NCBI RefSeq assembly: GCF_000007985.2
Contig: NC_002939.5
Location: 630,001-662,000, forward strand
Origin: Geobacter sulfurreducens PCA
GTDB lineage: Bacteria; Desulfobacterota; Desulfuromonadia; Geobacterales; Geobacteraceae
Length of the DNA stretch: 32,000 nt
Reading direction: 5' to 3'
The notes under the pieces were generated by a model. The model had not been told where the DNA came from, made no database searches, and saw only the letters and a list, made by a program, of their open reading frames with translations. Shown one piece after another: positions 9,285 through 19,951 of the stretch; within the stretch, counting starts at the first letter, position 1, and each line of letters starts with the position of its first letter. The position numbers and the translations under genes were made by a program.

Positions 9285-10757
9285 TCACCGGTCCCTGACG
9301 TCCTCCGCGGCGAGGATATGGTTGACCGGTCCGTGTCCGCGTCCCAAGGGCTGGGCAAGGCGGATGGCAGCGGTGATGTAACGTTTGGCCCGGGCGATGG
9401 CTTCGCGCAGGGGGTCGCCCTGGGCCAGATAGGTGGCAATGGCCGAGGCGAAGGTACAGCCGGTGCCGTGGGTGTTTTTCGAGAGGATTCGCGGTGAGAC
9501 GAAGCGGTGGAAGGCTGCCCCGTCGAAGAGGATGTCCACCGAGTCGCCGGCCAGCAGGTGGCCGCCCTTGAGAAGAACGTTGCGTGCCCCCAGCCGGTGC
9601 AGGCGGCGGGCCGCCTCCCGCATCGATTCTTCGTCGGAGATGTTTGCACCGGTGAGCCGCTCGGCCTCGGGTATATTGGGGGTAACGAGGTAGGCGAGGG
9701 GAAAGAGCCGCTCCTTGAGCACGCTTACCGCTCCGCGGTCGATCAGGTTCGCCCCCCCCTTGGCCACCATAACGGGATCGACCACTACCATTCGCCGCCG
9801 GTACTCGGTAAGCTTCGCGGCGATTGCGACGATGGTTTCCGCCGAGAAGAGCATGCCGGTCTTGACCACATCCACGGGAATGTCGGAGAAGACCGCGTCG
9901 AGCTGGTCGGCAACGAACGCCGGCGGTACGCCGTGGATGCCGCTGACCCCCCGGGTGTTCTGGGCTGTCAGGGCCGTGAGGACCGACGAGCCATAGCTCC
10001 CGAGCAGGGTGACGGTTTTCAGGTCTGCCTGGATGCCCGCGCCTCCCCCCGAATCGCTGCCGGCCACGGTGAGGACGGAGCCGCGCGGAAACGGTGCGCG
10101 CCGGTTGAAGAGCAGTGCTATCTCGGTGGCCGCCAGGGCCGGATCGGGATGGGACAGAACCGCCGATATGACTGCCACGGCATCGGCACCGGCATCAATG
10201 ACGCTGGCGCCGTTATCGCGGGTAATGCCGCCGATGGCGACAATGGGGATGCTGATGGAACTCCGGATGGCCGCGAGCAGCTCCGATCCGGCCACATGCT
10301 CGACCTCCTTACTCCGGGAGGGGAACATGGCGCCGAGGCCGATGTAGTCCACCCCGGCCGCCTGGGCCTCCAAGGCTTCGCTCAGGGTGTGGGTGGACAC
10401 GCCGATGATCTTGCCGGGGCCGAGAACGCGTCGCGCTTCGCGGGGATCGCCGTCACCCTGGCCCAGGTGAAGCCCGTCGGCCTTGAGGCTCACGGCCATC
10501 TCCAGGTCGTCGTTCACGATGAAGGGGATGCTCCGCCTGCGGCACAGCTCCCGCAGCTCCAGGCCGAGGGCGAGCCGGCTCTCCCGGTCCTGATTCTTGT
10601 TGCGGTACTGGACCACTCGGGCGCCGCCGTCGATGGCCGCCTCAACCCGCGGGATGAGGTTGTCGTCGTGATCGGTCACCAGGTAGAGCCCCCGGATGAC
10701 CGAGTCGTGCTTGTCCCGGTTTATGACGAGCCGAAGCGTGTGACCGTTAGAGGCCAT
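9285..10757 (-). CDS. thiED: bifunctional thiamine-phosphate synthase / hydroxymethylpyrimidine-phosphate kinase (ThiE-ThiD fusion)
   Basis: 490 aa from [12 protein letters not shown] (GAGGAG RBS). The N-terminal half is ThiE-like ([28 protein letters not shown]). The C-terminal half is ThiD-like ([37 protein letters not shown]). Only 49 nt separate it from thiC. Confidence 0.9.
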   Translation of the reverse strand: MASNGHTLRLVINRDKHDSVIRGLYLVTDHDDNLIPRVEAAIDGGARVVQYRNKNQDRESRLALGLELRELCRRRSIPFIVNDDLEMAVSLKADGLHLGQGDGDPREARRVLGPGKIIGVSTHTLSEALEAQAAGVDYIGLGAMFPSRSKEVEHVAGSELLAAIRSSISIPIVAIGGITRDNGASVIDAGADAVAVISAVLSHPDPALAATEIALLFNRRAPFPRGSVLTVAGSDSGGGAGIQADLKTVTLLGSYGSSVLTALTAQNTRGVSGIHGVPPAFVADQLDAVFSDIPVDVVKTGMLFSAETIVAIAAKLTEYRRRMVVVDPVMVAKGGANLIDRGAVSVLKERLFPLAYLVTPNIPEAERLTGANISDEESMREAARRLHRLGARNVLLKGGHLLAGDSVDILFDGAAFHRFVSPRILSKNTHGTGCTFASAIATYLAQGDPLREAIARAKRYITAAIRLAQPLGRGHGPVNHILAAEDVRDR

Positions 10758-10773
10758 GAAAGGAAATCTCCTC

Positions 10774-10920
10774 AAAAAAAAACCGCGACGGCAAAGTCGC
10801 GGTTCCAGAAAAGACGTACGGATGATTGTTTCTGGCCGCTTCCCTACGCCGGTATAAACCGGATCAGGTTCAAAGGGTTCGGGCGTTGCCCGTCTCAGTT
10901 CCCAAGAACTCCCCCAGCAG
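10774..10920 (-). promoter_or_regulatory. TPP (THI-box) riboswitch with intrinsic-terminator expression platform
   Basis: The minus strand reads CTGCTGGGGGAGTTCTTGGGAACTGAGACGGGCAACGCCCGAACCCTTTGAACCTGATCCGGTTTATACCGGCGTAGGGAAG, carrying the conserved CUGAGA and ACCUGAUCCGG..UAUACCGGCG.AGGGA elements. It is followed by CCGCGAC-tttgcc-GTCGCGG-T10 (10774-10803) directly before the thiED RBS. Confidence 0.9.
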
Positions 10921-10935
10921 ACTATGGTGTAAACA

Positions 10936-10964
10936 AAGCTAAACGATAATCCCCCACAAGTCAA
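10936..10964 (-). promoter_or_regulatory. candidate sigma-70 promoter for the riboswitch-thiED-thiC transcript
   Basis: The minus strand reads TTGACT-N17-TAGCTT, placing a TSS about 10 nt before the riboswitch P1. Confidence 0.4.
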
Positions 10965-11047
10965 CGGAATTAACATGGATTTGCCGGGCGGGAAGGCGCA
11001 GGTTTTCATCCTTTACAGGCGGGGTGAGAAGTGGTACCTAAAGGGGC

Positions 11048-12196
11048 ATGGACAGCCGGCCCACCATTGCTGAAGTCGATCTCGCCGCCCTCCGCCACAA
11101 CTACGACCTTGTCGTCCGTACGATTCCCCGGGGGTGCGGAATCCTGGCGGTAGTCAAGGCCGACGCCTACGGCCACGGTTTCATGGATATCGCCCGCGAG
11201 TTGGAGACACTGGGAGTGACTGCCTTCGGCGTTGCCTTTCTGGCCGAGGGAATTCAACTGCGCAAGAGCGGAATCGATCGTCCCGTCCTGATCCTGGGAG
11301 GGGTTTATCCCGGCCAGGAACGCAAGTGTGTCGGGTTCAATCTGTCCACGGCCCTGTTCAGCCTGGAGCAGGCGCGGGTTCTGGACGATGCGGCCGGTCG
11401 CCTGTATCGCCGGGCCAGGGTCCATGCGAAGATCGATACCGGCATGGGGCGCCTCGGCATCCCCCACGAGGAGGCGTCGGCCTTTTTTAGCGCCCTGCGG
11501 GAGTTGAAGCACCTGGACCTGGAGGGGATCATCTCCCACTTCGCCTCCGCCGACGAACTCGACGAGGATGGCCGGCGCTACTCCGATCTCCAGGCGAGCC
11601 GGTTTGCCGCGGCGGTCGCGGCGGCCCGCCACGAGGGGTTCGAGCCTCGCTATGTCCATATCGCCAACAGCGCGGCCGCCTTCGGGATGGACCTGCCGTT
11701 CTGCAACCTCGTCCGGCCCGGCATCGTCCTCTACGGCGCGCTCCCTTCCGGCGACTTCGAGGGGAAGATGGCGCTCAAGCCCATCATGCGCCTGCGCAGT
11801 TCCATCGCCATGCTCAAATGGGTGGAACCGGGCACAAGCATCAGCTACGCCCGCCGCTTCACCGCTCCCGACCGGCGACTCGTGGCCAGTATTCCGGTTG
11901 GCTACGCAGACGGCTACAGCCGTTCTCTCACCAACCGTGGGGAGGTTGTCGTGCGCGGCCGGCGCGCTCCGGTCGTGGGCACCGTCTGCATGGACTGGAT
12001 CATGGCCGACGTGACCCACGTCTCCGGCGTGACCGTTGGCGACGAGGTGACGCTTCTGGGGTGCGACCAGGAGGGAAACTGCGTCCGTGCCGAAGAACTT
12101 GCCGAGTGGGCCGGTACCATCCCCTACGAAATTTTCTGCGGCATCAGCAAGCGGGTGCCGCGCGTCTACCTCAACCCGTCGATCAGGCACAGGTGA
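11048..12196 (+). CDS. alr: alanine racemase
   Basis: 382 aa with the PLP-lysine motif [11 protein letters not shown], plus SHFASAD, YGALPSG and VGYADGY blocks typical of Alr. Confidence 0.92.
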   Translation: MDSRPTIAEVDLAALRHNYDLVVRTIPRGCGILAVVKADAYGHGFMDIARELETLGVTAFGVAFLAEGIQLRKSGIDRPVLILGGVYPGQERKCVGFNLSTALFSLEQARVLDDAAGRLYRRARVHAKIDTGMGRLGIPHEEASAFFSALRELKHLDLEGIISHFASADELDEDGRRYSDLQASRFAAAVAAARHEGFEPRYVHIANSAAAFGMDLPFCNLVRPGIVLYGALPSGDFEGKMALKPIMRLRSSIAMLKWVEPGTSISYARRFTAPDRRLVASIPVGYADGYSRSLTNRGEVVVRGRRAPVVGTVCMDWIMADVTHVSGVTVGDEVTLLGCDQEGNCVRAEELAEWAGTIPYEIFCGISKRVPRVYLNPSIRHR

Positions 12197-12212
12197 GAGA
12201 AGGGAAACTCCG

Positions 12213-13250
12213 ATGACCGAAGGCATCAAGCTGACATCGCTCGTCAAAGCAGCCGGCTGAGCGGCCAAGCTGGGCCCGGCGGGCCTGGAACAAGCGCTGA
12301 GCGACATGGTTCGGGAAGACGATCCGAATCTGCTGGTGGGGCCGGAAACCGCCGACGACGCGGGGGTGTACCGGATAGGGGAGGGGCTCGCCCTGGTGGA
12401 GACGGTGGACATCATCACCCCACTGGTGGATGATCCCTACACCTTCGGCCGGATCGCGGCGGCCAATGCCCTGTCGGATGTCTTCGCCATGGGCGGCCGG
12501 CCGGTCACGGCCATGAACCTCGTCTTCTTCCCGGCGTGCGCGCTACCGGGGTCGGTCCTTTCCGCCATTCTGGCCGGCGGGCACGACGCCCTGCGCGAGG
12601 CGGGGGCCTGTCTCGTGGGCGGCCATACGGTGGAGGACGACGAGCTCAAGTACGGCCTGGCCGTGACCGGACTCATCAGTCCGTCGCGCGTGGTGCGCAA
12701 TGCCACTGCACGTGCCGGGGACCGGCTGGTGCTCACCAAGCCGCTCGGCACCGGCATCGTCTCGACGGCAATCAAGGCCGACATGGCACCGGCTGCGCTC
12801 ACGGCCGAAGCCGTCCGCTGGATGACCATGCTGAACGCCGAAGCCGCGGGGCTCATGCTCGAGTGCGGGGCCTCCGCCTGTACCGACGTGACCGGTTTCG
12901 GCCTGGTCGGACACGCCTGCGAGGTGGCTCGGGGGGCAGGAGTGACCCTGCGTCTTCACCTGGAACAGGTGCCGGTGCTGGACGGCGTCATGGGCCTGGT
13001 GGCCGACGGGCTCGTGCCGGCCGGCTGCTATCGCAACAGGGATCACTATGCACCCTTTGTCGGCGCGCCCCGCAGCGACGACGACCGGCTTCTTCCCCTC
13101 TTCGATCCCCAGACATCGGGGGGGCTCCTCCTGTCCTTGTCTCCGTCCTCCGCCGGCCGGTTCCTCGCTGCGGCCGGCGACCGGGGGCTGTTTGCCCTGG
13201 AGGTGGGGGAGGTCCTCCCCGCCGGGGAGTGCGCCGTTGACATCGTCTGA
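12213..13250 (+). CDS. selD: selenide, water dikinase SelD, selenocysteine-containing (in-frame TGA at 12258-12260)
   Basis: ATG 12213 reads [34 protein letters not shown] and is in frame with the track ORF 12306-13250. The TGA sits at the position of the catalytic Cys/Sec in the SelD N-terminal G-(C/U)-x-x-K motif. Downstream AIR-synthase-like blocks are DDAGVY, DVFAMGG and [13 protein letters not shown]. Confidence 0.9.
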
Positions 13251-14517
13251 CTCCAACGTTGATCCAGGCCTCGGCATTGCCGTTGACCTGGGCACCACTA
13301 CCCTTGCCGCTTCGCTGGTCGATCTTTCATCCGGGGAAAGACTGGCTTCCGCCGGGTCTCTGAACCCCCAGCGGGAATTCGGCGCCGACGTGGTCTCGCG
13401 GCTCGATGCCGCCTGTCGTTCCGGTGAGGCACTGCAACGCATGGCCGCGCTGGTCAGGGAGGAGTTGTACCGCCTCGCGGCCCGTCTGCTCGACAGCGCC
13501 GGCGAGGCACGGGACCGCCTGCGCATGGTGGCTGTGGCCGGCAATCCCGCCATGGAACACCTCCTGCTCGGACTACCCGTTGTCCGGCTGGCATACCCCC
13601 CCTACCGCCCGCTGTTCTCGACCTCCACGCATATTTCCGCGGCAGACCTGGGGTGGGACCTGTCCGGCCGGGTCGCGCTCTTCCCGCTGCCGGGCGGCTT
13701 TGTGGGCGGCGATACGGTAGCCTTCTTGTTCGGTGTTCCCGATGTGTGTGCCCCGTGCCCTGGTCCCCGTCTGTTTCTGGACATGGGAACCAATGGCGAG
13801 ATGGTTCTCCAGTGCGGTGATGTGCTGCTGGGCACATCGGCCGCCGCCGGTCCCGCCTTCGAGGGGGGAGGGCTCGCCTGCGGCATGGCTGCCCTGCCGG
13901 GGGCCGTGAACGGCATCATCCGGGATGGAGACCGCGTGCGCGTCACGACGATCGGAGGCGGCCAGCCCCTCGGTATCTGCGGTTCTGCGGTGCTGGACAC
14001 GGTTGCGCTTCTTCTGGAAGAGGGGCTTCTGGACTCCACCGGCCGCCTTCTGCCGCCGGAAGAGATCGCGTCACCTGTCGGCGCCCGCATGGGAACGGTG
14101 GGCGGGGAGCCCGCGTTCATTCTTCATCGGGATGCGGCGCGGACCATCTATCTCTCCCAGGGGGATATCCGCCAGGTGCAGCTCGCCAAGGGGGCAATCC
14201 GCGCCGGCATGGAGGTCCTGTGCGAACGGGCCCGCATCCGGTGTGAGGATATTGAAGAGGTTGTCCTGACCGGCTCTTTCGGCGCGGTTCTCTCACCCCG
14301 GAGCCTAAAATTCATTGGAATTTTCACGGAAAAGATGGTACAAACGACCCGTTTCGTCCGGGAGGGTGCCTTGGCCGGTGCCGAAAGGGCACTGACCGCC
14401 CCGGAGGGGTTCGAGGCCGTTGACCGACTGGCCCGGGCGCTCCGGGTCATCCCCCTCTCGGGTACGCCTGCCTTCGAGAAACACTTTCTGAAGCACATCG
14501 ACTTCCCGTCTCGCTAA
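13237..14517 (+). CDS. ASKHA-fold ATPase, DUF4445 / RACo C-terminal-like, without the N-terminal ferredoxin domain
   Basis: The phosphate-1 motif [15 protein letters not shown] starts at about 13273, so the start must lie upstream of it. The only canonical start after selD's body is TTG 13237, which overlaps the selD stop by 14 nt. Later motifs are [19 protein letters not shown] and VLTGSFG. Confidence 0.7.
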
Positions 14518-14569
14518 CATCCGCCACGGAGCTCCGTGGTGATCTCAGCTCATGTCAAAGGGGTAAACC

Positions 14570-16135
14570 ATGGCAAAGATAACACGTGCGCTCATCAGCG
14601 TCTCGGACAAGACCGGCATCCTTGATTTCGCCCGGGAACTGGCCGGCTACGGCGTGGAGATCCTCTCCACCGGCGGTACCGCAAAGCTTCTCCGCGACGC
14701 GGGACTCGCGGTCAAGGACGTCTCCGATTTTACCGGCTTTCCGGAGATGCTCGACGGCCGGGTCAAGACGCTTCACCCCAAGGTCCACGGGGGCCTTCTG
14801 GGAATGCGCTCCAACCCAGACCATGTGGCAACCATGAAGGCGCACGGCATCGAGCCCATCGACTTGGTGGTGGTGAACCTCTACCCCTTCGAGGCCACCG
14901 TGGCCAAGCCCGAATGCACCCTGGAAGATGCCATCGAGAACATCGATATCGGCGGTCCCACCATGCTCCGCTCCGCGGCCAAGAACAACGCCGACGTGAC
15001 CGTGCTCGTGGATCCGGCGGACTATCGGCCGGTTCTCGATGAAATGAAGGCATCCGGCGGCGCCGTGTCCCGGGAGACCAACTTTTGCCTGGCGGTGAAA
15101 GTCTACCAGCACACTGCAGCCTATGACGGCGCCATTTCCAACTGGCTCGGCGCCCGGACCGGCGAAGGGATCGCCGCCTATCCCGACACCGTCACGCTTC
15201 AGTTCAGAAAGGCCCAGGAGATGCGCTACGGCGAGAACCCCCACCAGGGTGCCGCCTTCTATGTGGAGCGCCAGGTGAAGGAAGCGTCCGTCGCCACGGC
15301 CCGCCAGCTCCAGGGCAAGGAGCTTTCCTACAACAACATCGCCGACACCGACGCGGCCCTGGAGTGCGTGAAGCAGTTTGCCGAAGGCCCCGCCTGCGTC
15401 ATCGTAAAGCATGCCAACCCCTGCGGCGTGGCCGTGGGCGGGACGTTGCTGGAGGCCTACGACCGGGCCTATGCCACCGATCCCGAGTCGGCCTTCGGGG
15501 GCATCATCGCCTTCAACCGGGAACTGGACGCCGACACGGCGCGGGCAATCTGCGACCGCCAGTTCGTGGAGGTCATCATCGCTCCCGCCGTATCGCCGGA
15601 GGCCACGGAAGTTGTTGCCGCCAAGAAGAACGTGCGTCTCCTGGAGTGCGGCACCTGGCCGGAGAAGCAACAGCCGCGCCTCGACCTGAAGCGGGTGAAC
15701 GGCGGCATCCTGGTGCAGGACACCGATCTCGACCTGTACGCCGAACTGAAGGTCGTGACCAAGCGGCAGCCCACGGAGCAGGAGATGAAGGACCTGCTCT
15801 TTGCCTGGCGCGTGGCCAAGTTCGTCAAGTCCAACGCCATTGTCTACGGCAAGGGCAATATGACCATCGGCGTGGGGGCCGGCCAGATGAGCCGGGTCAA
15901 CTCGGCCCGCATCGCCGCCATCAAGGCCGAGCACGCGGGGCTTGAGGTGAAGGGGGCCGTTATGGCGTCCGATGCCTTCTTCCCCTTCCGCGACGGCATC
16001 GACAACGCGGCTGCCGTGGGCATCACCGCGGTTATCCAGCCGGGCGGCAGCATGCGCGACGCTGAGGTGATCGCCGCCGCCGACGAGCACGGCATGGCGA
16101 TGGTATTCACCGGCATGAGGCATTTCAGACACTGA
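14570..16135 (+). CDS. purH: bifunctional AICAR formyltransferase / IMP cyclohydrolase
   Basis: 521 aa with [39 protein letters not shown] and a C-terminal RHFRH, all canonical PurH. Confidence 0.97.
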   Translation: MAKITRALISVSDKTGILDFARELAGYGVEILSTGGTAKLLRDAGLAVKDVSDFTGFPEMLDGRVKTLHPKVHGGLLGMRSNPDHVATMKAHGIEPIDLVVVNLYPFEATVAKPECTLEDAIENIDIGGPTMLRSAAKNNADVTVLVDPADYRPVLDEMKASGGAVSRETNFCLAVKVYQHTAAYDGAISNWLGARTGEGIAAYPDTVTLQFRKAQEMRYGENPHQGAAFYVERQVKEASVATARQLQGKELSYNNIADTDAALECVKQFAEGPACVIVKHANPCGVAVGGTLLEAYDRAYATDPESAFGGIIAFNRELDADTARAICDRQFVEVIIAPAVSPEATEVVAAKKNVRLLECGTWPEKQQPRLDLKRVNGGILVQDTDLDLYAELKVVTKRQPTEQEMKDLLFAWRVAKFVKSNAIVYGKGNMTIGVGAGQMSRVNSARIAAIKAEHAGLEVKGAVMASDAFFPFRDGIDNAAAVGITAVIQPGGSMRDAEVIAAADEHGMAMVFTGMRHFRH

Positions 16136-16163
16136 GACAGGGAACGATCACGGGGAGGAACCC

Positions 16164-17435
16164 ATGAAGGTACTGGTAATCGGAGGGGGGGGCAGGGAGC
16201 ACGCCCTGGTCTGGAAAATCGCCCAGTCACCCCTGGTAAGCAAGGTGTACTGCGCGCCGGGCAACCCCGGCATCGGCCTTATCGCCGAGAACGTGTCCCT
16301 GGCGGTGGATGACCTGGACGGGCTCGCCGCCTTTGCGACGGAACAGTCTATCGACCTCACCGTGGTGGGGCCGGAACTACCTCTTTCCCTCGGCATCGTT
16401 GACCGGTTCGAGGAAAAGGGGCTACTGATCTTCGGCGCCCGCCGGAATGCCGCCATCATCGAAGCGAGCAAGGCGTTTTCGAAAGACCTGATGAAAAAGT
16501 ATCAGGTACCCACCGCCGCCTATGACGTCTTTACCGAGGTGGAGCCGGCCGTGGCTTTCATCGACCGGGTAGGGGTGCCCATCGTCGTCAAGGCGGACGG
16601 GCTGGCCGCCGGCAAAGGGGTTATCATCGCCCATACCCGTGAGGAAGCCGTTGGCGCCGTGATGGACATGCTGTCGGGCAACGCCTTCGGCGATGCCGGT
16701 TCGCGGGTGGTCATCGAAGAGTTTCTCACCGGGGAGGAGGCATCGTTTCTCGCCTTCACCGACGGCAAGAACATCATTCCCCTGGCCAGCGCCCAGGACC
16801 ACAAGGCGGTCTTTGACGGCGACACGGGACCCAATACCGGCGGCATGGGCGCCTATTCACCCGCGCCGGTAGTCACCCCTGCCATTCATGATAAGGTCAT
16901 GGCCGAGGTGATGCGCCGGACCGTGGACGGCATGGCTGCCGAGGGGCGTCCTTATCGCGGGGTGCTGTATGCCGGTCTCATGATCAACGGTGACCAGGTG
17001 AAAACCCTCGAGTTCAACGCGCGCTTCGGCGACCCAGAGTGCCAGCCGCTGCTCATGCGGATGAAGTCGGACATCGTGCCCGTGCTCCTTGCGGTTGCCC
17101 GTGGCGACCTGTCGGGCATTGAGCTCGAATGGCATGACATGGCTGCCGTCTGTGTCGTCATGGCTTCCGGGGGGTATCCCGCCGATTACCGCAAGGGAGA
17201 CGAGATCCGGGGGCTGGAGGATGCGGCTCGCATGGAGGATCTGTTCGTGTTCCACGCCGGCACATCCCGGAAAAACGGCCGTATCGTCACCAGCGGGGGG
17301 CGGGTGCTTGGGGTTACTGCCCTTGGCGCTACGGTGGGTGAGGCCATTGATCGCGCCTACCGGGGCGTTGCGGCAATCTCATGGGACGGCGTCCACTACC
17401 GCAAAGACATCGGCGCCAAGGCGCTCACACGTTGA
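16164..17435 (+). CDS. purD: phosphoribosylamine-glycine ligase
   Basis: 423 aa with [28 protein letters not shown] and the ATP-grasp motif [10 protein letters not shown]. Confidence 0.97.
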   Translation: MKVLVIGGGGREHALVWKIAQSPLVSKVYCAPGNPGIGLIAENVSLAVDDLDGLAAFATEQSIDLTVVGPELPLSLGIVDRFEEKGLLIFGARRNAAIIEASKAFSKDLMKKYQVPTAAYDVFTEVEPAVAFIDRVGVPIVVKADGLAAGKGVIIAHTREEAVGAVMDMLSGNAFGDAGSRVVIEEFLTGEEASFLAFTDGKNIIPLASAQDHKAVFDGDTGPNTGGMGAYSPAPVVTPAIHDKVMAEVMRRTVDGMAAEGRPYRGVLYAGLMINGDQVKTLEFNARFGDPECQPLLMRMKSDIVPVLLAVARGDLSGIELEWHDMAAVCVVMASGGYPADYRKGDEIRGLEDAARMEDLFVFHAGTSRKNGRIVTSGGRVLGVTALGATVGEAIDRAYRGVAAISWDGVHYRKDIGAKALTR

Positions 17436-17449
17436 CAGGGGAGGTCGCG

Positions 17450-17959
17450 ATGGAAAACCCGCAGGTACTCATCATTATGGGAAGTGATTCGGACGTTCCC
17501 GTCATGGAAGAAGCGGCAAAGGCCCTTGATGCTTTCGGCGTGACCTGGGAAATGCGAGTGGCGTCGGCCCACCGTTCGCCGAAAAAAGCGGCAGATCTCG
17601 CCTCGAACGCGGCCGCGCGCGGCGTGAAGGCGATCATCGCCGGTGCCGGCGTGGCTGCCCACCTTGCGGGGGTCCTCGCCGCCGAGACTATTCTGCCGGT
17701 TATCGCGGTACCAATGCCGGGAGGGGCGCTCAACGGCGTTGATGCCCTGTACTCCATGGTGCAGATGCCTGGCGGGATTCCGGTGGCTACTATGGCCATC
17801 GGCAAGGCAGGAGCCAAAAATGCCGGGCTGTTCGCGGTGCAGATCCTGGCCCTCGGGGATGCCGCCATGGCCGGCAGGCTCGTGGAATACAAGGCGAGTA
17901 TGGCGGAAGAGGTGGAGGCCAAGGATCGGGCCCTTCAGGTCAAGTTGGGCCGCGCGTAG
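17450..17959 (+). CDS. purE: N5-carboxyaminoimidazole ribonucleotide mutase
   Basis: 169 aa from MENPQVLIIMGSDSDVPVM (AGGGGAGG RBS), with SAHRSP and AGGAAHLAG-type motifs. The track ORF start at 17381 overlaps purD and is an extension. Confidence 0.93.
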   Translation: MENPQVLIIMGSDSDVPVMEEAAKALDAFGVTWEMRVASAHRSPKKAADLASNAAARGVKAIIAGAGVAAHLAGVLAAETILPVIAVPMPGGALNGVDALYSMVQMPGGIPVATMAIGKAGAKNAGLFAVQILALGDAAMAGRLVEYKASMAEEVEAKDRALQVKLGRA

Positions 17960-18020
17960 CCCGGCTAGATTAACTTGCTGTAATCGTGCGGGTTTGACGC
18001 GGCTTCCGGCAGCTTTCCAC

Positions 18021-18048
18021 TTGACAAAATCTGCATGTGCTGTATAAA
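18021..18048 (+). promoter_or_regulatory. near-consensus sigma-70 promoter of ppcA
   Basis: TTGACA (18021-18026), a 16-nt spacer, then TG-TATAAA (18041-18048), about 45 nt upstream of the ppcA ATG. Confidence 0.6.
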
Positions 18049-18091
18049 AGGTTGCGTTTTCATCAACCTGTTAGAAAGGGGTAAGAATCAC

Positions 18092-18367
18092 ATGAAAAAG
18101 GTTATTGCTTCTCTCGCGCTGTCCGTATTCTGCGCCGGCCTCGCCTTTGCCGCCGACGACATCGTCCTCAAGGCCAAGAACGGTGATGTGAAGTTCCCGC
18201 ACAAGGCCCACCAGAAGGCTGTTCCCGACTGTAAGAAGTGCCACGAGAAAGGCCCGGGCAAGATCGAGGGCTTCGGCAAAGAGATGGCTCATGGCAAGGG
18301 CTGCAAGGGGTGCCACGAAGAAATGAAGAAGGGGCCGACGAAGTGCGGCGAGTGCCACAAGAAGTAA
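18092..18367 (+). CDS. ppcA: periplasmic triheme cytochrome c7 PpcA
   Basis: 91 aa: signal peptide MKKVIASLALSVFCAGLAFA, then a 71-aa mature protein with three CXXCH motifs (CKKCH, CKGCH, CGECH). It is identical, as far as I recall, to G. sulfurreducens PpcA. Confidence 0.97.
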   Translation: MKKVIASLALSVFCAGLAFAADDIVLKAKNGDVKFPHKAHQKAVPDCKKCHEKGPGKIEGFGKEMAHGKGCKGCHEEMKKGPTKCGECHKK

Positions 18368-18403
18368 TGATGATTTGACGTTACTTCACTGAGGTGCACC
18401 GAA

Positions 18404-18435
18404 GGGATAACAGAACTTACTGTTATCCCTTTTTC
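18404..18435 (+). terminator. rho-independent terminator of ppcA
   Basis: GGGATAACAG-aactta-CTGTTATCCC-TTTTTC, a 10-bp perfect stem plus T-tract, 37 nt after the stop. Confidence 0.85.
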
Positions 18436-18565
18436 TTGACCGCTAAAATAATTAAATTAAATTAACTGTTTGTTTTTTCCGGATATTTTTGTTTATAATC
18501 GTCTCTGCCCTGGTCGGGGATCTGGCATTGACGACCATAATCCTAAACATTGCGGGAGCGTTACC

Positions 18566-19930
18566 TTGACAACCAGCGATCGCGGCTTCTTGCAGGCACT
18601 GTGGGATTTCTTCTGTTCCCTCAAGTTGGCAATCTTCCTTCTCATTCTTCTAGCGGCAACGTCCATCATCGGTACGATCATTCCGCAGCAGAATCCGCTT
18701 CCCCCCGAGTACATCGCGGCCATAGGCGGCACGGGAAGCATGAAGTTCAAGGTCTACTCGACCCTTGGCTTCTTTGATATGTACCACTCCTGGTGGTTCA
18801 TTCTCCTGCTCTATCTGTTCACGGTCAACATCGTAGCCTGTTCCATCAAGCGGCTGCCCCGGGTATGGAAAACCATTTCCGAGCCGACGCTCGTCATGGA
18901 CGAGGGCTTTGAGCGGACCCTGACGCTCACCCATGACTTCAAGAAAGAGGGTGATGCGGCTGACCTGAACGAGAAGATGAAGGCTTTCCTCAAGAGCGAG
19001 TTCGCCGAGCCGGTGGTGACCGAGCGGGACGGAGAGTTCCACCTCTTCGCCCAGAAGTCGCCGTACAGCAGGCTGGGTGTTTATGTCGTGCACCTGAGCA
19101 TCGTCATCATATTCATCGGTGCCCTGCTCGGATCGTTCTTCGGGTACAAGGCCTATGTGAATATCGTGGAAGGCTCGGGAGCCTCTACGGTCATGTCTCG
19201 CAAGGGCGTGCCGATTGATCTCGGCTTTACGGTTAAGTGTGAGGATTTTTCGGTTTCGTTTTACGACACCGGGGCCCCAAAAGAATTCAAGAGTCTCCTC
19301 ACCGTCATCGACGGCGGCAAGGTGGTCATCGACAAACGCCCTGTCATCGTGAACGAGCCGCTGACCTACAAGGGGATAACGTTTTACCAGTCGAGCTACG
19401 GCCCTGCGGATGAAGGCGGCCTCTATCACCTCACCGTGCGCGAGCGCAAGGGAGGAGCTCCCGTACGGCTATCTCTGTCCATGGGAGAGCGGAAGGTCCT
19501 GCCCGACGGCTCCGCAGTCCAGCTCCTGGAGGCTACTGACGAAATCGGGCGCTTCATTCCCCAGTTCCGGGGCCCGGCGGTGCGGGTCGCTGTGGAGCCC
19601 AAGAGCGGCGAGCCCCAGGCGTTCATCGTGTTCCAGAACTATCCGGAATTCGACGTCCAGCGTGGAGCGGACCATATCTTCACGTATGAAGGGGCCGATC
19701 TCAAGATGTTCACCGGACTTCAGGTCGCCAAAGACCCGGGTGTCTGGGTAGTGTGGCTGGGATGCACCCTGATGGTGGTTGGCTGTTGCATGGCCTTCTT
19801 CATGTCCCACAAGCGGATCTGGATACGGGTTCGCAAGGGGCATGTGACCCTCGGCGGCACCGCCAACAAGAACCAGCCGGGATTCCAACTCGCCTTCGAC
19901 ACCCTTGTCGATAAACTGAAAACTCTGTAA
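18566..19930 (+). CDS. resB: cytochrome c biogenesis protein ResB/CcsB (System II)
   Basis: TTG 18566 (GGGAG 7 nt upstream) gives MTTSDRGFLQALWDFFCSLKLAIFLLILLA, a typical ResB N-terminus. The protein has a large periplasmic domain and a C-terminal TM (VWVVWLGCTLMVVGCCMAFF). The track start at 18470 lies in AT-rich promoter-like DNA. Confidence 0.85.
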   Translation: MTTSDRGFLQALWDFFCSLKLAIFLLILLAATSIIGTIIPQQNPLPPEYIAAIGGTGSMKFKVYSTLGFFDMYHSWWFILLLYLFTVNIVACSIKRLPRVWKTISEPTLVMDEGFERTLTLTHDFKKEGDAADLNEKMKAFLKSEFAEPVVTERDGEFHLFAQKSPYSRLGVYVVHLSIVIIFIGALLGSFFGYKAYVNIVEGSGASTVMSRKGVPIDLGFTVKCEDFSVSFYDTGAPKEFKSLLTVIDGGKVVIDKRPVIVNEPLTYKGITFYQSSYGPADEGGLYHLTVRERKGGAPVRLSLSMGERKVLPDGSAVQLLEATDEIGRFIPQFRGPAVRVAVEPKSGEPQAFIVFQNYPEFDVQRGADHIFTYEGADLKMFTGLQVAKDPGVWVVWLGCTLMVVGCCMAFFMSHKRIWIRVRKGHVTLGGTANKNQPGFQLAFDTLVDKLKTL

Positions 19931-19951
19931 GTACGGGCGGAGGATTGACTA

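Noticed and set aside
9236-9649. N-terminal 138-codon extension of the thiC ORF, and likewise the 84-codon extension of thiED (10758-11009).
   Set aside because: The extensions are Pro/Ser/Arg-rich nonsense. The thiC extension overlaps the thiED 3' end and the thiED extension overlaps the TPP riboswitch. Internal ATGs with strong SD sequences give canonical N-termini.
11006-12418. 470-aa minus-strand ORF opposite alr and the selD start. Similar long antisense ORFs occur at 14555-16132 (-), 8009-9055 (+), 9507-10949 (+), 22702-24129 (-), 25549-26385 (-), 26941-27777 (-), 28703-29545 (-) and 30442-31710 (-).
   Set aside because: Each lies fully opposite a gene with unmistakable conserved motifs. 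Their translations are low-complexity and Arg/Gly/Pro/Ala-rich, as expected from stop-poor antisense frames in 60% GC DNA, and they have no RBS or family signatures.
13048-13236. ATG 13048 as the start of the DUF4445 gene.
   Set aside because: It would overlap selD by about 200 nt and add a Pro/Ser/Gly-rich leader. TTG 13237 is the only start close to the conserved ASKHA N-terminal motif.
14524-14539. Perfect 16-bp palindrome CCACGGAGCTCCGTGG between the DUF4445 gene and purH, as a terminator.
   Set aside because: No U-tract follows, and purH starts 31 nt later with no obvious promoter of its own. It may be a weak RNA hairpin or protein site, but I cannot support a call.
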